Assembly (NCBI RefSeq): GCF_000737315.1
Contig: NZ_JMCB01000029.1
Location: forward strand, 1-64,000
Direction: 5' to 3'
Length of the DNA: 64,000 bases
Source of the DNA: Hyalangium minutum
GTDB taxonomy: Bacteria; Myxococcota; Myxococcia; Myxococcales; Myxococcaceae
In this document: positions 17,702 through 28,493 of the stretch, one piece after another
Layout: each line of letters starts with the position of its first letter
Numbering within the stretch: position 1 is the first letter of the stretch
Notes under the pieces: model-generated
What the model was told of the DNA's origin: nothing
The model's database searches: none
What the model saw: only the letters and a program-made list of their open reading frames with translations
Program-made: the position numbers and the translations under genes

Positions 17702-18451
17702 GTGCTGGTCTGGACCATCCAAACGGGCGTAGGAGGGCTCCGCGAGCGGGTTCTCACCCTGCTCGCCACTCCTGGGGGGAGCCGGTTGTTCTTCCGTGGA
17801 ACACGTTCCCTGCAGACAGCGCCCGCGGCCAGCGAGCGGCTCGGACTGGCGTCTGGGCTCGCCCCGCCGCCGGATGAGGCCCAGTTGCTCGAGCTCGTCC
17901 GCCGCATCCAGGACGGGGATGTCACCGCCTTTGATCGGCTCTACCAACTGACGCGTGTGGATGCGGCTCGCACCCTGCGCCACCTCGTGGGGAACCGGAC
18001 CGAGGTGGAGGATCTGCTCCAGGAGACGTACCTGCGGCTGCTGTCGGCGGTGCGCGGGTTCCGCGGGGAGTCTCGCTTCCGCACCTTCCTCTACCGGGTG
18101 TGCGCCAACGTGGCGCTGTCTCACCTGCGCTGGAAGCGGCGGCGGCCCGAGGAGCCCATGGCAGAGCCTCCGGAGAGGGAGGCCTCGGAAGAGGATCCCG
18201 AGCGGGCAGCGGCCCGGCGGCAGGCCGCGCGGCTGGTGGAGCAGGCGCTGGAGCGGCTCAAGCCGAAGAAGCGCATCGTCTTCGTCTATTACGAGCTGTG
18301 TGGGATGAGCCCGGACGAGATCGCCGAGGCCGTGGGAAGCTCGGTCAACACTGTCCGCAGCCGCCTCCACCACGCGCGGCTGGAGTTCACCGAGGCCATG
18401 CACCGTCTGCTCGACACACCCCGCGCCGGAGGCCCCCATGGTACGCCATGA
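17702..18451 (+). CDS. ECF (sigma-24) RNA polymerase sigma factor
   Basis: GD..AFDRLY, EDLLQETYL, FRGESRFRTFLYRV..N and EIAEAVG.SVNTVRSRLHHAR motifs. True start may lie downstream. Confidence 0.88.
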   Translation: MLVWTIQTGVGGLRERVLTLLATPGGSRLFFRGTRSLQTAPAASERLGLASGLAPPPDEAQLLELVRRIQDGDVTAFDRLYQLTRVDAARTLRHLVGNRTEVEDLLQETYLRLLSAVRGFRGESRFRTFLYRVCANVALSHLRWKRRRPEEPMAEPPEREASEEDPERAAARRQAARLVEQALERLKPKKRIVFVYYELCGMSPDEIAEAVGSSVNTVRSRLHHARLEFTEAMHRLLDTPRAGGPHGTP

Positions 18452-19862
18452 GACCGAGTCGCTGTGGGCCTTCGCCGCGGAGGAGCTCGGAGCCGAGGAG
18501 CAAGCTCGGGTGGCGGAGCACGTGGCGGGGTGCCAGACGTGCGCCCGGAAGTTGGAGGAGGTGCGTCAGGCACAGGCGCTGCTGCGCACGGTTCAGGAGG
18601 ACGCGCCCGAGGTGCGCTGGGCCGAGGTGGATGAGCGCGTGCAGAGCGCTGCGGCTCGCAAGCTGGCCCGGCTCGAAAGGCAGCCCCGGTGGCCGTGGGC
18701 ATTGGCCACGGTGGGAGCGCTGGCGGCGGTGCTGGCGTTCGTGGTGCTCCGGCCCGTGACGTCCACGCCTCTTCCGAGCGCTCCGGTGGCGGTGCGTGAG
18801 GAGCACCCCACCCCTATAAAGGAGGTAGCCCCTATAAAGGAGGCAGCGCCTTCACCCACCCCGGTCATCGCCACGCGGGCCGAGAACGTCTCGGGTGCGC
18901 GGATTCGGGAGGCGGATGCTCAGGAGCGTGCGCTCGTGGCGGGTGAGCTGCTGCGCCAGGGTTCCTGGGTGCGGACACCCGCGAAGGCCAATGCCCTGCT
19001 CCGGCTGCCGGATGCGAGCCGCGCGCGGCTGGCACCGGGCTCGGAGGTGCGGCTGACGCGGGTAGAGCCCGAGCGAGTATCCCTGTTCGTCCAGAGAGGC
19101 CAGCTCGCCGTACAGGCTTCTCATGCGACGCGGGAGGACTTTGTCGTGGAGGCGGAGGGAGGCGTGCGCACGTGGGTCGTGGGCACGGTCTTCTCCGTGG
19201 AGAGCGCATCCGAGAGCGCGGTGGTGACCGTGCTCGAAGGCAAGGTGCGCGTCGAGATCCCGGGCCAGCCCCAGCAGTTCGTCAGCGCCGGTGAGCGGCT
19301 CGAGGTGAACACGGCACGGAGAACCCTGAAGCGCCGGGCGCTCTCCGCGAAGGAGCGGCAAGCCTTCCAAGAGCTGGGCGTGCCCTCCCAAGAGGCCGCG
19401 GCCACTCCCCGTCCCACACCTGAAAAGACTCCGTCCGAAGGCGCACTCTCGGACAACCGCCCTGCCCCGATGGCAACCGCGCCATCCGGAAGTTCGGAAG
19501 CACCTGACTCAGAACCAGCGCCCTCTTCCGCGCCAGCGAGCCCGGAGCCCGAGGAGCCGGGAGTGCAGTGGGTGCCGCCGGAGCCGGGCACTCCCACGCA
19601 GAGCACCGCCGACGCGCGCTTCCTCTGGCATGCGCGGGAGCAGCTCCACGCCAAGACGTGCGAGAGCTTCCTGGTGGGCCTGGAGGAGATCGCCGAGCGC
19701 AGCAAGGTCCGGGACTTCCGCGAGCAGGCGCGTTACCTGCGCGCCCGGTGCTTCGAGGAGCGACTGTCTCCCTCCGAAGCCCAGGCCGAGTACCAGCGCT
19801 ACCTGCGGGAGTTCCCCAAGGGGCGCTACGTCCGCGAGGCCAAGGCCGCGCTGCTGCCTTGA
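18438..19862 (+). CDS. Anti-sigma factor: zf-HC2-like N-terminus, TM helix, FecR domain and TPR-like C-terminus
   Basis: HVAGCQTC, TM segment WALATVGALAAVLAFVVL, FecR-like LRLPDASRARLAPGS...VWVVGT.FSV-type region, C-terminal YQRYLREFPKGRY. Overlaps the ECF stop. Confidence 0.8.
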   Translation: MVRHETESLWAFAAEELGAEEQARVAEHVAGCQTCARKLEEVRQAQALLRTVQEDAPEVRWAEVDERVQSAAARKLARLERQPRWPWALATVGALAAVLAFVVLRPVTSTPLPSAPVAVREEHPTPIKEVAPIKEAAPSPTPVIATRAENVSGARIREADAQERALVAGELLRQGSWVRTPAKANALLRLPDASRARLAPGSEVRLTRVEPERVSLFVQRGQLAVQASHATREDFVVEAEGGVRTWVVGTVFSVESASESAVVTVLEGKVRVEIPGQPQQFVSAGERLEVNTARRTLKRRALSAKERQAFQELGVPSQEAAATPRPTPEKTPSEGALSDNRPAPMATAPSGSSEAPDSEPAPSSAPASPEPEEPGVQWVPPEPGTPTQSTADARFLWHAREQLHAKTCESFLVGLEEIAERSKVRDFREQARYLRARCFEERLSPSEAQAEYQRYLREFPKGRYVREAKAALLP

Positions 19863-19877
19863 GCCCTGGCTGCGGGG

Positions 19878-22800
19878 CTATACCGCTCGTCGGCGCGCGG
19901 CCAGCATGACCAGCGCGAGCACGGCCCACAGGCTCGCCCCACTCGCCTGGGTACAGCCACAGCCGGATTCCTCGGCTGGAGGAGGTGGGGTGGGGCCTGG
20001 GGACCAGCCCCCATCCGGGCTCCCGATACCGTCCGTCCCCGCATCCACCACTCCCGCGTCCGGAGAAGAAGTGCCCCCATCCCGTGGCAGGCCTCCATCT
20101 CCAGCATCCGCCCCGCCATCCGTGGAGCTGCCTCCATCCACCGAGCTACCTCCGTCCGTGGAGCTACCCCCATCCGTGGAAGAGCCCGCATCCGGAGGGG
20201 CCTCGCAGATGCCCGCGTTGCAAGTGCCTCCACTGCACCAGGTCCCGTCTGGAGCCGGTGGATAGACACACGCGCCCGTTGAAGGCTCGCAGCTGCCCTG
20301 CGCCCGGCATTGCCCCGGGCTGGAGCACACCACCTGCCGCGCTGGCCAACAGTAGCCCGAGTAACAGCGGTCCCCTTCCGTGCAGGCGTTGCCATCCGAG
20401 CACGGTGTGTCATCCCCCATCAGCACATCCGCAGGACAGACCGGGCTCACTCCATCGCACTGCTCCGCCACGTCGCACGTCTGGCTCCGCGCCGCGCGGC
20501 ACACGGTCTGCGCAGGCAGCAACGTACAGGTCCCGTCTTGCGTCGCACCTCGCGCCGCGCTGCAGGCCTGGCAGTCCGCTGCCCCGTTCCCGCAGGCGCT
20601 GTCGCAGCACACCCCGTCCACACAGAAGTTGCTCTGGCAGTCCGCGTTCTTCGTGCACGCTGAACCCAACGCCAACTCCGTGGAGATCCGCAGCACCACC
20701 CGGCTCACCGCGGGCACCGCTGGCGCCCCCGAGCGCGTGTACGCGATGAGCGCCCCGCTGCTCCCGTTGCTGACGATCACCGGAGACTCTTCCTGCGTCT
20801 GACCGGTGGCCAGGGGAATGGGCGTCGTGTCGACCACCGTCCCATCTGTCCGGACTCGCGCCATGTACACGCTCGCGTTCTGCGGCGTGGAGTAGATCGA
20901 GCCGTTCTGCCACACCACCACGTAGTGCGTGCCGTCGAAGGTCACCGAGGCGCGCTGATCGTACCCGGTCAGACAGGCGATGCAGAAAACCGGCCCCATG
21001 CCGCCCTCCTGAGGCAGCATCCGGCCGTAGAGATCATTGCCGCGCTCATACACCACGAGCGCCCCCTGGCCGTTGCTCGCCAGGACGGGCGAGCTCGCGG
21101 TCCTCGGGGAGATCTCGAACTCCGGCAGCAGGGTGACGCCGTCCCGCTCCACCTTCCGCGTGTAGACCTCGGGGTACCCTGCGCCGAATTCGCGGCTGTC
21201 CGACCAGGCCACCACGTAGCGCTGGCCGTCGAACGTCACGTCGACATCGTCCTGGTATTCCACCTGAGCGGCGATGGGAATGTCCGTCGGGGTGGCGCGC
21301 GTCCCATCCGCGAGAATGCGCACGCCGTAGACATCCATCTTGTTCGCGCTGATGGTGCTCGGGCCGGCGAAGGCGATGAAGAAGTCCTGGCCATCGCTGG
21401 CGACGGCGACACCGTCAATGATGCGGCCACCCGGAGCATACGTGGCCAGCTGCAGGGGCAGCTCGTCCAGCACCGTCCCATCCGGGCGAATCCGCACGCC
21501 CACGGGGCCCGAGGCCCCGCCACGCGTCCCATCCCACGTCACCAGGTAGTGCTGCCCGTTGAACGCAACGTGGGTGGGCACCACGTAGTTAGCATCGCCG
21601 GGAAAGTCGAGGCGGATGCCTTCCGGATCGAGCACCTCGCCCGTGGGAGTCACCCGGGTGGCGTACAGCCCCTCGTCCTCCCCGTGCCGCTCCATCCACG
21701 TCACCAGGTAGTTCGTCCCATCGAACCCCACCGCGGGCTGGCTCTGCTCGGCGTACTCCACGGCGATCGCCTTCGGCGGCACGTCCAGCACGGTGCCATC
21801 CACTCCAAGCCGCGCGCCGTAGATGTCCGTCGGCGTCCAGAACGAGTCCGTGTCGTTCTGCCAGACCACCAGCGCTCCGGAGGAAGTACCCGCCACGGCC
21901 GGAACTTGCTGGTAGCCCTCGCCTCCTCCCACGAGGATGCCCTGCGCGTCCAGCAAGCTCCCCTCCAGGGAGATGCGCGCCGCATAGATGTCGCCCTCCT
22001 GGGTGCTGACGTTGCGCGAGTCCGCCCACGTGAGCAGGTAGTGCGTGCCCGTGAAGGTCAACCGGCTGCCCGGATAGTTGTAGTCGAGCGACGTGGTGTA
22101 GGTGACCGGCGCGGCGTCGATACGGGTGCCCGCCGCATCCAGCCGGAGCCCCTCGAGCTTCCCGGGATAGGTGTCCCGATTGCGCCAGGCCAGGAGAAAG
22201 CGGGTGCCGTCGAAGGCCAGCATGGGACCGCCCTCGCTCGCGCTGCTCGTGGCGATGGGCAGATCGCGCGACAGCACCGTGTTGCTCCCGTTCACGCGCG
22301 CCCCCCGGATGTCCGAGCTGGCCGCATAGTCGCTCCACACCACGAGGTAGCTGCCCCCGCCGTAGGCGATCGCCACGTCCTGCTGGCTCCCCGCCGCCGT
22401 CGTGAGGGCCACGCCATTGGCCGTGAGCACCGTCCCGTTCGCGCGGACCACCGTGCCGTAGATGTCCGGGTTGGTGGCACCCCGGCGATCCTCCCACGCC
22501 ACGAAGAAGTCCGTGCCATCCGTGGCCACCGCGGGCTTGTACTGGCTCGCCGTGTTCGTGCAGATCGCCCGCGCGGTCGTGTCGAGCAGCACGCCACTTC
22601 GGCTCACGCGCGCGCCCAGGATGTTGCCGAGATCGCTGCTGCTGCTGTTCGACGCGTCCTGCCAGACGACCAGGTACTGAGTGCCGTTGAACGCCACTGC
22701 GGGAACGCTCTTCGTGGTGCCAGAGCCGAAGGCGATGAGCAGGCTCTCGGGATCCAGAATCTGCCCCGTGGGCGACACGCGCGTCGCGCGGAGCTCCGCA

Positions 22801-23666
22801 CCGTTGTCCCACACCACGAGGAAGTTCGTGCCGTCCGTGGCCACCGCGGGGCTGCGCTGACGTCCCTGCGCGGGCCAGAGGTCCGAATCATTGAGAGAGC
22901 GCTCGGGCGAAAGCACGGGATCGAGCGTCGCCGGATACCGCGAGCGCTCCAGCACCTCGGCCGGCACCTCGATCACGATGCGTCCGCCCTCGTACCGAGG
23001 AGTCAGCCCCGTGCGCGCGCCGTCCGCGTCCACCCACGTCGCCAGTCCGTAGCGCCAGCCGGGCCCTCCCGGAGCCGCGGAGAAGTGAAGCCCCTGGCCG
23101 CTCTCGGTGCGGAATGGCTGTCCGCTCACCGATACCTCTACTCGCAGCGCGCCCTCTCCTGAAGGGAGCTCCTCGAAGGTCCAGCTCTGCTCGATGCCCG
23201 CCTCCGAGCTGGCAAGCACTTCCCGCACCGCACCGCGCTCGATGTGCACCGCGCCGTCGCCCGCGAGCACCGTCCGGGACGACGTTGCCAATGCCGAGAA
23301 GCCTCGCGTCACGCGCACCGTCTCCACCTCGAAAGCCGGGGCGGGCGAGGTAGCGGAACCTGTCACGTTCTCCACGGAAGCGCCGAGCGTGAGACGCCCT
23401 GCCTCACTCACTCCCGCGCGGAACACCGACCCCACGTGCTCGTAGCCCTGAGAAGAGGCGTGAAAACGCAGGCTCACGCCGCGAACGACCGCGTTCACAT
23501 CGAACGGTGCCGGGCGCTCGAGGGGCGGAGCCTCGGCCGGAGCATCGGAGGAGAGCACCGGTACCTGGCAGCGAACGAAGAGGACAGCCACGAGGAGAGC
23601 GGTGAAGGAGACGGTGATCACGCGCTGCCAGCCGCGGGTGGGACACGGCCTCGAAGAAGGGCTCAT
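19878..23666 (-). CDS. Large surface protein: N-terminal domain ending YPATLDP, 14 beta-propeller-like blades, Cys-rich disintegrin-like region, MYXO-CTERM
   Basis: 14 repeats of PAVAxDGTxYLVxW...DIYGARV..DGTVLD, then [31 protein letters not shown] repeats and GCGC+TM+RRR tail. The ORF-track extension to 25715 is the antisense shadow of the neighbouring gene. Confidence 0.8.
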   Translation of the reverse strand: MSPSSRPCPTRGWQRVITVSFTALLVAVLFVRCQVPVLSSDAPAEAPPLERPAPFDVNAVVRGVSLRFHASSQGYEHVGSVFRAGVSEAGRLTLGASVENVTGSATSPAPAFEVETVRVTRGFSALATSSRTVLAGDGAVHIERGAVREVLASSEAGIEQSWTFEELPSGEGALRVEVSVSGQPFRTESGQGLHFSAAPGGPGWRYGLATWVDADGARTGLTPRYEGGRIVIEVPAEVLERSRYPATLDPVLSPERSLNDSDLWPAQGRQRSPAVATDGTNFLVVWDNGAELRATRVSPTGQILDPESLLIAFGSGTTKSVPAVAFNGTQYLVVWQDASNSSSSDLGNILGARVSRSGVLLDTTARAICTNTASQYKPAVATDGTDFFVAWEDRRGATNPDIYGTVVRANGTVLTANGVALTTAAGSQQDVAIAYGGGSYLVVWSDYAASSDIRGARVNGSNTVLSRDLPIATSSASEGGPMLAFDGTRFLLAWRNRDTYPGKLEGLRLDAAGTRIDAAPVTYTTSLDYNYPGSRLTFTGTHYLLTWADSRNVSTQEGDIYAARISLEGSLLDAQGILVGGGEGYQQVPAVAGTSSGALVVWQNDTDSFWTPTDIYGARLGVDGTVLDVPPKAIAVEYAEQSQPAVGFDGTNYLVTWMERHGEDEGLYATRVTPTGEVLDPEGIRLDFPGDANYVVPTHVAFNGQHYLVTWDGTRGGASGPVGVRIRPDGTVLDELPLQLATYAPGGRIIDGVAVASDGQDFFIAFAGPSTISANKMDVYGVRILADGTRATPTDIPIAAQVEYQDDVDVTFDGQRYVVAWSDSREFGAGYPEVYTRKVERDGVTLLPEFEISPRTASSPVLASNGQGALVVYERGNDLYGRMLPQEGGMGPVFCIACLTGYDQRASVTFDGTHYVVVWQNGSIYSTPQNASVYMARVRTDGTVVDTTPIPLATGQTQEESPVIVSNGSSGALIAYTRSGAPAVPAVSRVVLRISTELALGSACTKNADCQSNFCVDGVCCDSACGNGAADCQACSAARGATQDGTCTLLPAQTVCRAARSQTCDVAEQCDGVSPVCPADVLMGDDTPCSDGNACTEGDRCYSGYCWPARQVVCSSPGQCRAQGSCEPSTGACVYPPAPDGTWCSGGTCNAGICEAPPDAGSSTDGGSSTDGGSSVDGGSSTDGGADAGDGGLPRDGGTSSPDAGVVDAGTDGIGSPDGGWSPGPTPPPPAEESGCGCTQASGASLWAVLALVMLAARRRAV

Positions 23667-23786
23667 GGCGCAAACACACCAGATGAAACGGGTGGAGCAC
23701 AACGCTCTCCCCGTACCATGGATCAGTCCACGGAGCCTTATCGCGTCCTCTACGGTCCCGCCGCCTCTTTTGAAAGGACCGCACGA

Positions 23787-25694
23787 GTGCGACGTTCTTC
23801 CTCCTCCTCTCGGATCTCCGCTGTCTGTTCCTCTTTGCTGGCGGCCCTGGGCCTGCTGCTCTCGGCTCCCGCCAGTGCTCAGTGGACCCCCGGGACGGCC
23901 CTGCCTCACGCCCATACCCAGGGCGTGATCATCCCCGATGCCACCAGCCGCATCCACGCGATCGGCGGGGGCGACAGCGGCGCCTTCGATACCAACGCCC
24001 ACGACGAGTTCGATCCCGTCACCCACACCTGGATCACCCGCGCGCCCCTTCCCATCAACAACCGCGGCATGGGCGCATCGCTGGGACCGGATGGCCGCAT
24101 CTACGTCTACGGAGGCTTCGCGGGCTGGGGCAGCATCGGAGCGGTCTACGCGTACACCCCGAGCACCGACACGTGGGCTCCCCTGGCCTCCATGCCCACG
24201 CCGCAGTGGGAGACGCGGGGCGACTTTGGATCGGACGGCAAGCTCTACGTCTTCGGTGGAGAGACCAATGGGTCCGCGAGCGCCGTGACGCAGATCTACA
24301 CGCCCTCCACCAACACGTGGACAACGGGCGCGAGCATGCCCGGAGGGCGCAGGCAGCATGGGGCCTTCCGGGGCTCGGACGGGCGCTTCTACGTGGTGGG
24401 CGGCCAGGACGCCTCCGCCGCGACCGCGGGGACTTACATCTACAACCCCACCACCAACACGTGGACCACGGGCCCGGCCATGCCGGCGGCAGCGAACTCG
24501 TTCGGCCAAGCCGTCTCGACGGATCGCAGCCGGTTCTTCGTGCTCGGCGGATCGACTTCCTACAACAACGAGAGCACGCCCCTCTTCGACACCGTCTACA
24601 TGTTCAACGTGAACACCCAGGAGTGGACCTCCCTCACGGGGTTCCCCACGGCGCGCCGCGAGCTGGGGGCCACCGTGACCCACTGCCGCCTGCGCACCCT
24701 GGGTGGAAGCACGGGCACGTCCGTCACCACCCATGAGGTGTTCACCCTCACAGGCGCTCCGGACACCAACGGCAACGGCCAGCCGGACTACTGCGAGGAT
24801 CCGGACATCGACGACGACAACGTGCCGAACTCCGCCGACAACTGCCCCACCGTCCCCAATCCGGGCCAGGAGAACCAGGACCATGACGCTCAGGGCGATG
24901 CCTGCGACCCCGACGCCGACAACGACGCCTTGCCCAATGGCCAGGACAACTGCCCTCTCCACCCCAATGCGGATCAGACCGACTCGGACGCCGACGGCCT
25001 GGGCAACGCCTGCGATCCCGATAACGATAACGATGGCACGGCGGACCTGTCCGACAACTGCCCGTCCCAATCCAACGCCGACCAGCACGACACCGACGGC
25101 GACTCCATTGGCGATGCGTGCGACTCGGACGACGACAACGACAGCATCGCGGACCCGCAGGACAACTGTCCCCTCGTCGCCAACACCGACCAGCGCGACA
25201 CCGACGGCGACTCCATCGGCGATGCCTGCGACAGCGACACCGACAGTGACAACGACACCGTGCCCGACGTCACCGACAACTGCGCTCTCGTCCCCAACCC
25301 GGATCAGGCCAACGCTGACAAAGACGAGCAGGGCGACGCCTGCGACTCGGACGATGACAACGACACCGTGGCCGATGAATGGGACAACTGCCCATTCATT
25401 CCCAACACGGACCAGGCTGACAGCGACGGGAACGGCAAGGGGGATGTCTGCGACGTGGACAACGACACCGACAAGGACGGCGTCGCCAATGCCACGGACA
25501 ACTGCCCGCTGGTGGCCAACCCCGATCAGCTGGACTCGGATGGCGACGGCGTGGGGGATGCCTGCGACGAAAGTGGAGGGGGAGCTGGCGGCTGCGGCGG
25601 CGGCTGCGGCGCAGGACCCATCGGCTCCTCGAGCCTGATGCTGTGGGCGCTGGCCGGTCTCGCCCTGCGCGCCCGCCGCCGCTTCGCCCGCTGA
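23787..25694 (+). CDS. Kelch-repeat and thrombospondin type-3 repeat protein with MYXO-CTERM
   Basis: Signal peptide ending PASA-Q, about six Kelch blades (GRIYVYGG...YxPxTDTW), about 11 DxDxDG..D..DNCP...NPDQ repeats and GGCGGGCG+TM+RRR tail. GTG start chosen from an AAGGA RBS; ATG 23718 is an alternative. Confidence 0.85.
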   Translation: MRRSSSSSRISAVCSSLLAALGLLLSAPASAQWTPGTALPHAHTQGVIIPDATSRIHAIGGGDSGAFDTNAHDEFDPVTHTWITRAPLPINNRGMGASLGPDGRIYVYGGFAGWGSIGAVYAYTPSTDTWAPLASMPTPQWETRGDFGSDGKLYVFGGETNGSASAVTQIYTPSTNTWTTGASMPGGRRQHGAFRGSDGRFYVVGGQDASAATAGTYIYNPTTNTWTTGPAMPAAANSFGQAVSTDRSRFFVLGGSTSYNNESTPLFDTVYMFNVNTQEWTSLTGFPTARRELGATVTHCRLRTLGGSTGTSVTTHEVFTLTGAPDTNGNGQPDYCEDPDIDDDNVPNSADNCPTVPNPGQENQDHDAQGDACDPDADNDALPNGQDNCPLHPNADQTDSDADGLGNACDPDNDNDGTADLSDNCPSQSNADQHDTDGDSIGDACDSDDDNDSIADPQDNCPLVANTDQRDTDGDSIGDACDSDTDSDNDTVPDVTDNCALVPNPDQANADKDEQGDACDSDDDNDTVADEWDNCPFIPNTDQADSDGNGKGDVCDVDNDTDKDGVANATDNCPLVANPDQLDSDGDGVGDACDESGGGAGGCGGGCGAGPIGSSSLMLWALAGLALRARRRFAR

Positions 25695-25720
25695 GGCCCC
25701 GGGCTCCACTGCCAAGCATG

Positions 25721-25757
25721 AAAAAAGGGGCCTCCTCTCGGAGGCCCCTTCGCTTTC
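25721..25757. terminator. Intrinsic terminator between convergent genes
   Basis: AAGGGGCCTCC-TCTC-GGAGGCCCCTT stem-loop with A6 on the left, which gives a U-tract on the minus strand. Confidence 0.75.
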
Positions 25758-25798
25758 AGCGGCCTGCGTGCAGCGCCGTCACAGCGGCGCGCACCGCG

Positions 25799-26776
25799 CT
25801 AGAACTTGTTGGTGTAAGGAGCCGCGAAGTAGACGTAGCCCTTGCCCTCGGGAGCGATGTGGCCGATGCCCGGGAACGGGAGGTGGGCAGCGCCAATCCA
25901 GTAGCCATTCTTGGCGGCGTCCGCGTAGGCCTTCTTGCGCTGGGCCAAGGCGGCCTTCGAGTCGCTGTCGAACTGGATGGTGACCGACGGGTCGGGGAAC
26001 TGCACGGCGGCGATGTGCATCAGGTCGCCCCACAGCACCAGCTTCTGGCCCTTGCTCTCCACGGAGTAGACGCTGTGGCCCGGGGTGTGGCCGGGGGTGT
26101 TGAGGGCCTTGATGCCGGGCACCAGCTCGGTGTCACCCTCGAAGGGCTTGAGCTTGCCAGCGGTGGAGTACGGGGTGAGCATGGTCGAGGCCTGCTGGAA
26201 CATCGACTGCGCCTCGGCGGGGGCCTTCTTCGCATTCTCGGCGTTGGTCCAGAAGTCCGCCTCGGCCTTGGCCAGGTGCAGGGTGGCGTTGGGGAAGGCG
26301 AGCTTGTCACCGGCGACCAGACCGCCCAGGTGGTCCGGGTGCAGGTGGGTGATGAGCACGGCATCGATCTGTTCCGGCTGGTAGCCGGCCGCCTTCAGGC
26401 TGTTCTGGAGCTTGCCCAGCGTGGGGCCGAAGAGGTTGCCAGCGCCCGTGTCGACCAGCACCAGCTTGGAGCCGGTGTTGATCAGGAAGGCGTTGGTGGA
26501 GCTCTCCACGGGCGACTTCAGGCCCGCACGCGCGAAGGCCTTGTTGAGCGGGTCCGGCTTGATGTTGGTCAGCAGCTTGTCGAACGGCAGGTCGACGGTG
26601 CCGTCGAGCAGGGCGGTGATCTCGAAGTCACCGAGCATCATGCGGTAGTAGCCCGGAGCCTGGGTCTTGACCTGGGGCGCGGCGGCCAGAGCGGAGGCAG
26701 GGACGAGCACGGCGCCGCTCGCGGCGGTGAGGGCCGCAGCAACCGCGGCGCGCCAAGGGGAGGAACGCATCTTCAT
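25799..26776 (-). CDS. Secreted MBL-fold metallo-hydrolase (methyl-parathion-hydrolase-like)
   Basis: Signal peptide, QAPGYYRMMLGDFEITAL.DG, THLHPDH.GGL, PGHTPGH, WGD..H and AHLPFPGIG motifs. Confidence 0.88.
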   Translation of the reverse strand: MKMRSSPWRAAVAAALTAASGAVLVPASALAAAPQVKTQAPGYYRMMLGDFEITALLDGTVDLPFDKLLTNIKPDPLNKAFARAGLKSPVESSTNAFLINTGSKLVLVDTGAGNLFGPTLGKLQNSLKAAGYQPEQIDAVLITHLHPDHLGGLVAGDKLAFPNATLHLAKAEADFWTNAENAKKAPAEAQSMFQQASTMLTPYSTAGKLKPFEGDTELVPGIKALNTPGHTPGHSVYSVESKGQKLVLWGDLMHIAAVQFPDPSVTIQFDSDSKAALAQRKKAYADAAKNGYWIGAAHLPFPGIGHIAPEGKGYVYFAAPYTNKF

Positions 26777-26849
26777 GGTGAGTCTCCACGGGTGAAGGAC
26801 TGCGTCCGCGTTATCCTCCAGTTTTCCGTGGGTGGGACCCAAATTCCGT

Positions 26850-27377
26850 ATGATCCAGGATGTGAACGTGCGGCGGCTCAGCGCCAGCGAGGCCGCCGCC
26901 TCTGTGGAGGCGCTGGCGGATGTGCTGCTCGACTGCGTCGAGGGCGGCGCGTCCGTGAGCTTCTTGTGGCCGCTGCCTCGCGAGAAGGCCGTGGCGTTCT
27001 GGCGAGGTGTCGCCGCTGGCGTCGCGCGGGGGGAGCGGGTGCTGCTCGTTGCCGAGGACGGAGAGGAGCAGCTCATCGGCACAGTGCAGTTGGTGCTCGC
27101 GATGCCGGACAACCAGCCGCACCGAGGCGACGTGGCGAAGATGCTCGTGCACCGCAAGGCCCGCCGCCGCGGCGTAGCTCAGCGGCTGATGGAGGCCATC
27201 GACGACGAGGCGCGCAAGGAGGGCAAGACGGTGCTGGTGCTGGACACGGTGACGGGGAGCGACGCGGAGCGGCTCTACGCGCGGGCCGGGTGGCAGCGGG
27301 TGGGCGAGATCCCCAAGTACGCCCTGCTGCCCACGGGCGAGTTCTGCGGGACGACGGTCTTCTACAAGCACCTCTGA
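26850..27377 (+). CDS. GNAT N-acetyltransferase (TTR/YnaD-like)
   Basis: DCVEGGASVSF, QPHRGDVAKMLVH..ARRRG and LVLDT motifs. Confidence 0.85.
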   Translation: MIQDVNVRRLSASEAAASVEALADVLLDCVEGGASVSFLWPLPREKAVAFWRGVAAGVARGERVLLVAEDGEEQLIGTVQLVLAMPDNQPHRGDVAKMLVHRKARRRGVAQRLMEAIDDEARKEGKTVLVLDTVTGSDAERLYARAGWQRVGEIPKYALLPTGEFCGTTVFYKHL

Positions 27378-27395
27378 GCGAAGCGCGGTGGGCCG

Positions 27396-27926
27396 TCAGG
27401 GCTTGGGGCCTTCCTCGGTGAACTCGGCCTCTTCCTCGCCCAGGGCCTTCCGGGGAGGTCTGGAGGCCCCCTCCCCCACCGTCTCCTCCAGCGTGGGGCG
27501 CGGCGGCCCGGGGGCACGCTCCGGGTGGACGGCTCCTCCGAAGGGGGTCACCCGCAGCGTCCCCTGCTGCATGCGGCGCTCGACCCCACGGCGGAAACGC
27601 CTGGAGAGCCACCGCCGCGCCGGAGGCAGCAGCAGGAAGAGCCCCATCGCATCCGTCACGAAGCCCGGGATGATGAGCAGCACCCCACCCACCCAGACGA
27701 GTGCGGCACTGACCAGGCCTTCCTCGGGGACTCGCCCCTCGGCGTGCGCCGTCTGCCACTTGCGCAGCACGCGCAGGCCTTCTTTCTTGGCCAGCCAGCT
27801 GCCCATCAGGCCCGCCGCCAGGAGGAGCCCCAATGTCGGTGCCACGCCGAGCTGCCTGCCCACGGTGAGCAGCAGGTACAGCTCCACGAACGGCAGGGCC
27901 AACGCGAGGAAGAGGTATTTCGACAC
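27396..27926 (-). CDS. fxsA: FxsA family membrane protein
   Basis: PFVELYLL..VG..LG...TL and GGVLLIIPGFVTDAMGL motifs. Confidence 0.88.
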   Translation of the reverse strand: MSKYLFLALALPFVELYLLLTVGRQLGVAPTLGLLLAAGLMGSWLAKKEGLRVLRKWQTAHAEGRVPEEGLVSAALVWVGGVLLIIPGFVTDAMGLFLLLPPARRWLSRRFRRGVERRMQQGTLRVTPFGGAVHPERAPGPPRPTLEETVGEGASRPPRKALGEEEAEFTEEGPKP

Positions 27927-27977
27927 GCCCCCTCTTTAATGCGCCGCCGCTGCTTTTTCCGCCCTTACGTCCAGCCT

Positions 27978-28493
27978 CTAGCCTCCCATCTGACTCAGCA
28001 GCTTGTCGACCAGCAGGTACAGCAGGAAGAACCCTCCGCCAATCACCAGCAGGACCTTGAGCCCCGTGGGCATCCCCTCCGGCGGCGCGGCGTAGCTGGC
28101 GGCCACCGCCTCGGACACCCCCATCATCTCCCCCGCGTAGCGCGCCGTGCGCAGGAACTGGTCCGCCACCGCGCCCGCGTCATTGGCGCTCAGGGCCCGG
28201 CCCAGCTGCGGATCCACGAGGCGCACCTCGGCGGCCGCGGCCAGCGCCGCGCCCTCCTCCACCACCTCGCGGGCCAGATCCATCCGGTCCGACAGCGGGA
28301 TGCGCAGCTCCGTGGCGACGAGCTGCCCGCCTTCGCGCAGCTCGCTCACCTCCACGTCCCCGTTCTTGAGGCGCCACACCCGTACCCCGTCGGGGCGAGC
28401 GACCGCCCCTTTCTCCCCAAGGAGGGCGTCCACCCGGGTGCTGTCATACGGCGTCCCGGGAACCATTGTCTGAAGGAGCAGCTCGTATCTCAC
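27978..28493 (-). CDS. Hypothetical protein with a C-terminal TM helix
   Basis: Coding-like codon bias and a C-terminal hydrophobic helix. GTG start is inferred. Confidence 0.65.
   Translation of the reverse strand: MRYELLLQTMVPGTPYDSTRVDALLGEKGAVARPDGVRVWRLKNGDVEVSELREGGQLVATELRIPLSDRMDLAREVVEEGAALAAAAEVRLVDPQLGRALSANDAGAVADQFLRTARYAGEMMGVSEAVAASYAAPPEGMPTGLKVLLVIGGGFFLLYLLVDKLLSQMGG

Noticed and set aside
23667-25715. N-terminal 680 aa of the 1945-aa ORF 19878..25715
   Set aside because: It is the reverse complement of the Kelch/TSP3 gene. The real protein begins near 23666, before its signal-like hydrophobic stretch.
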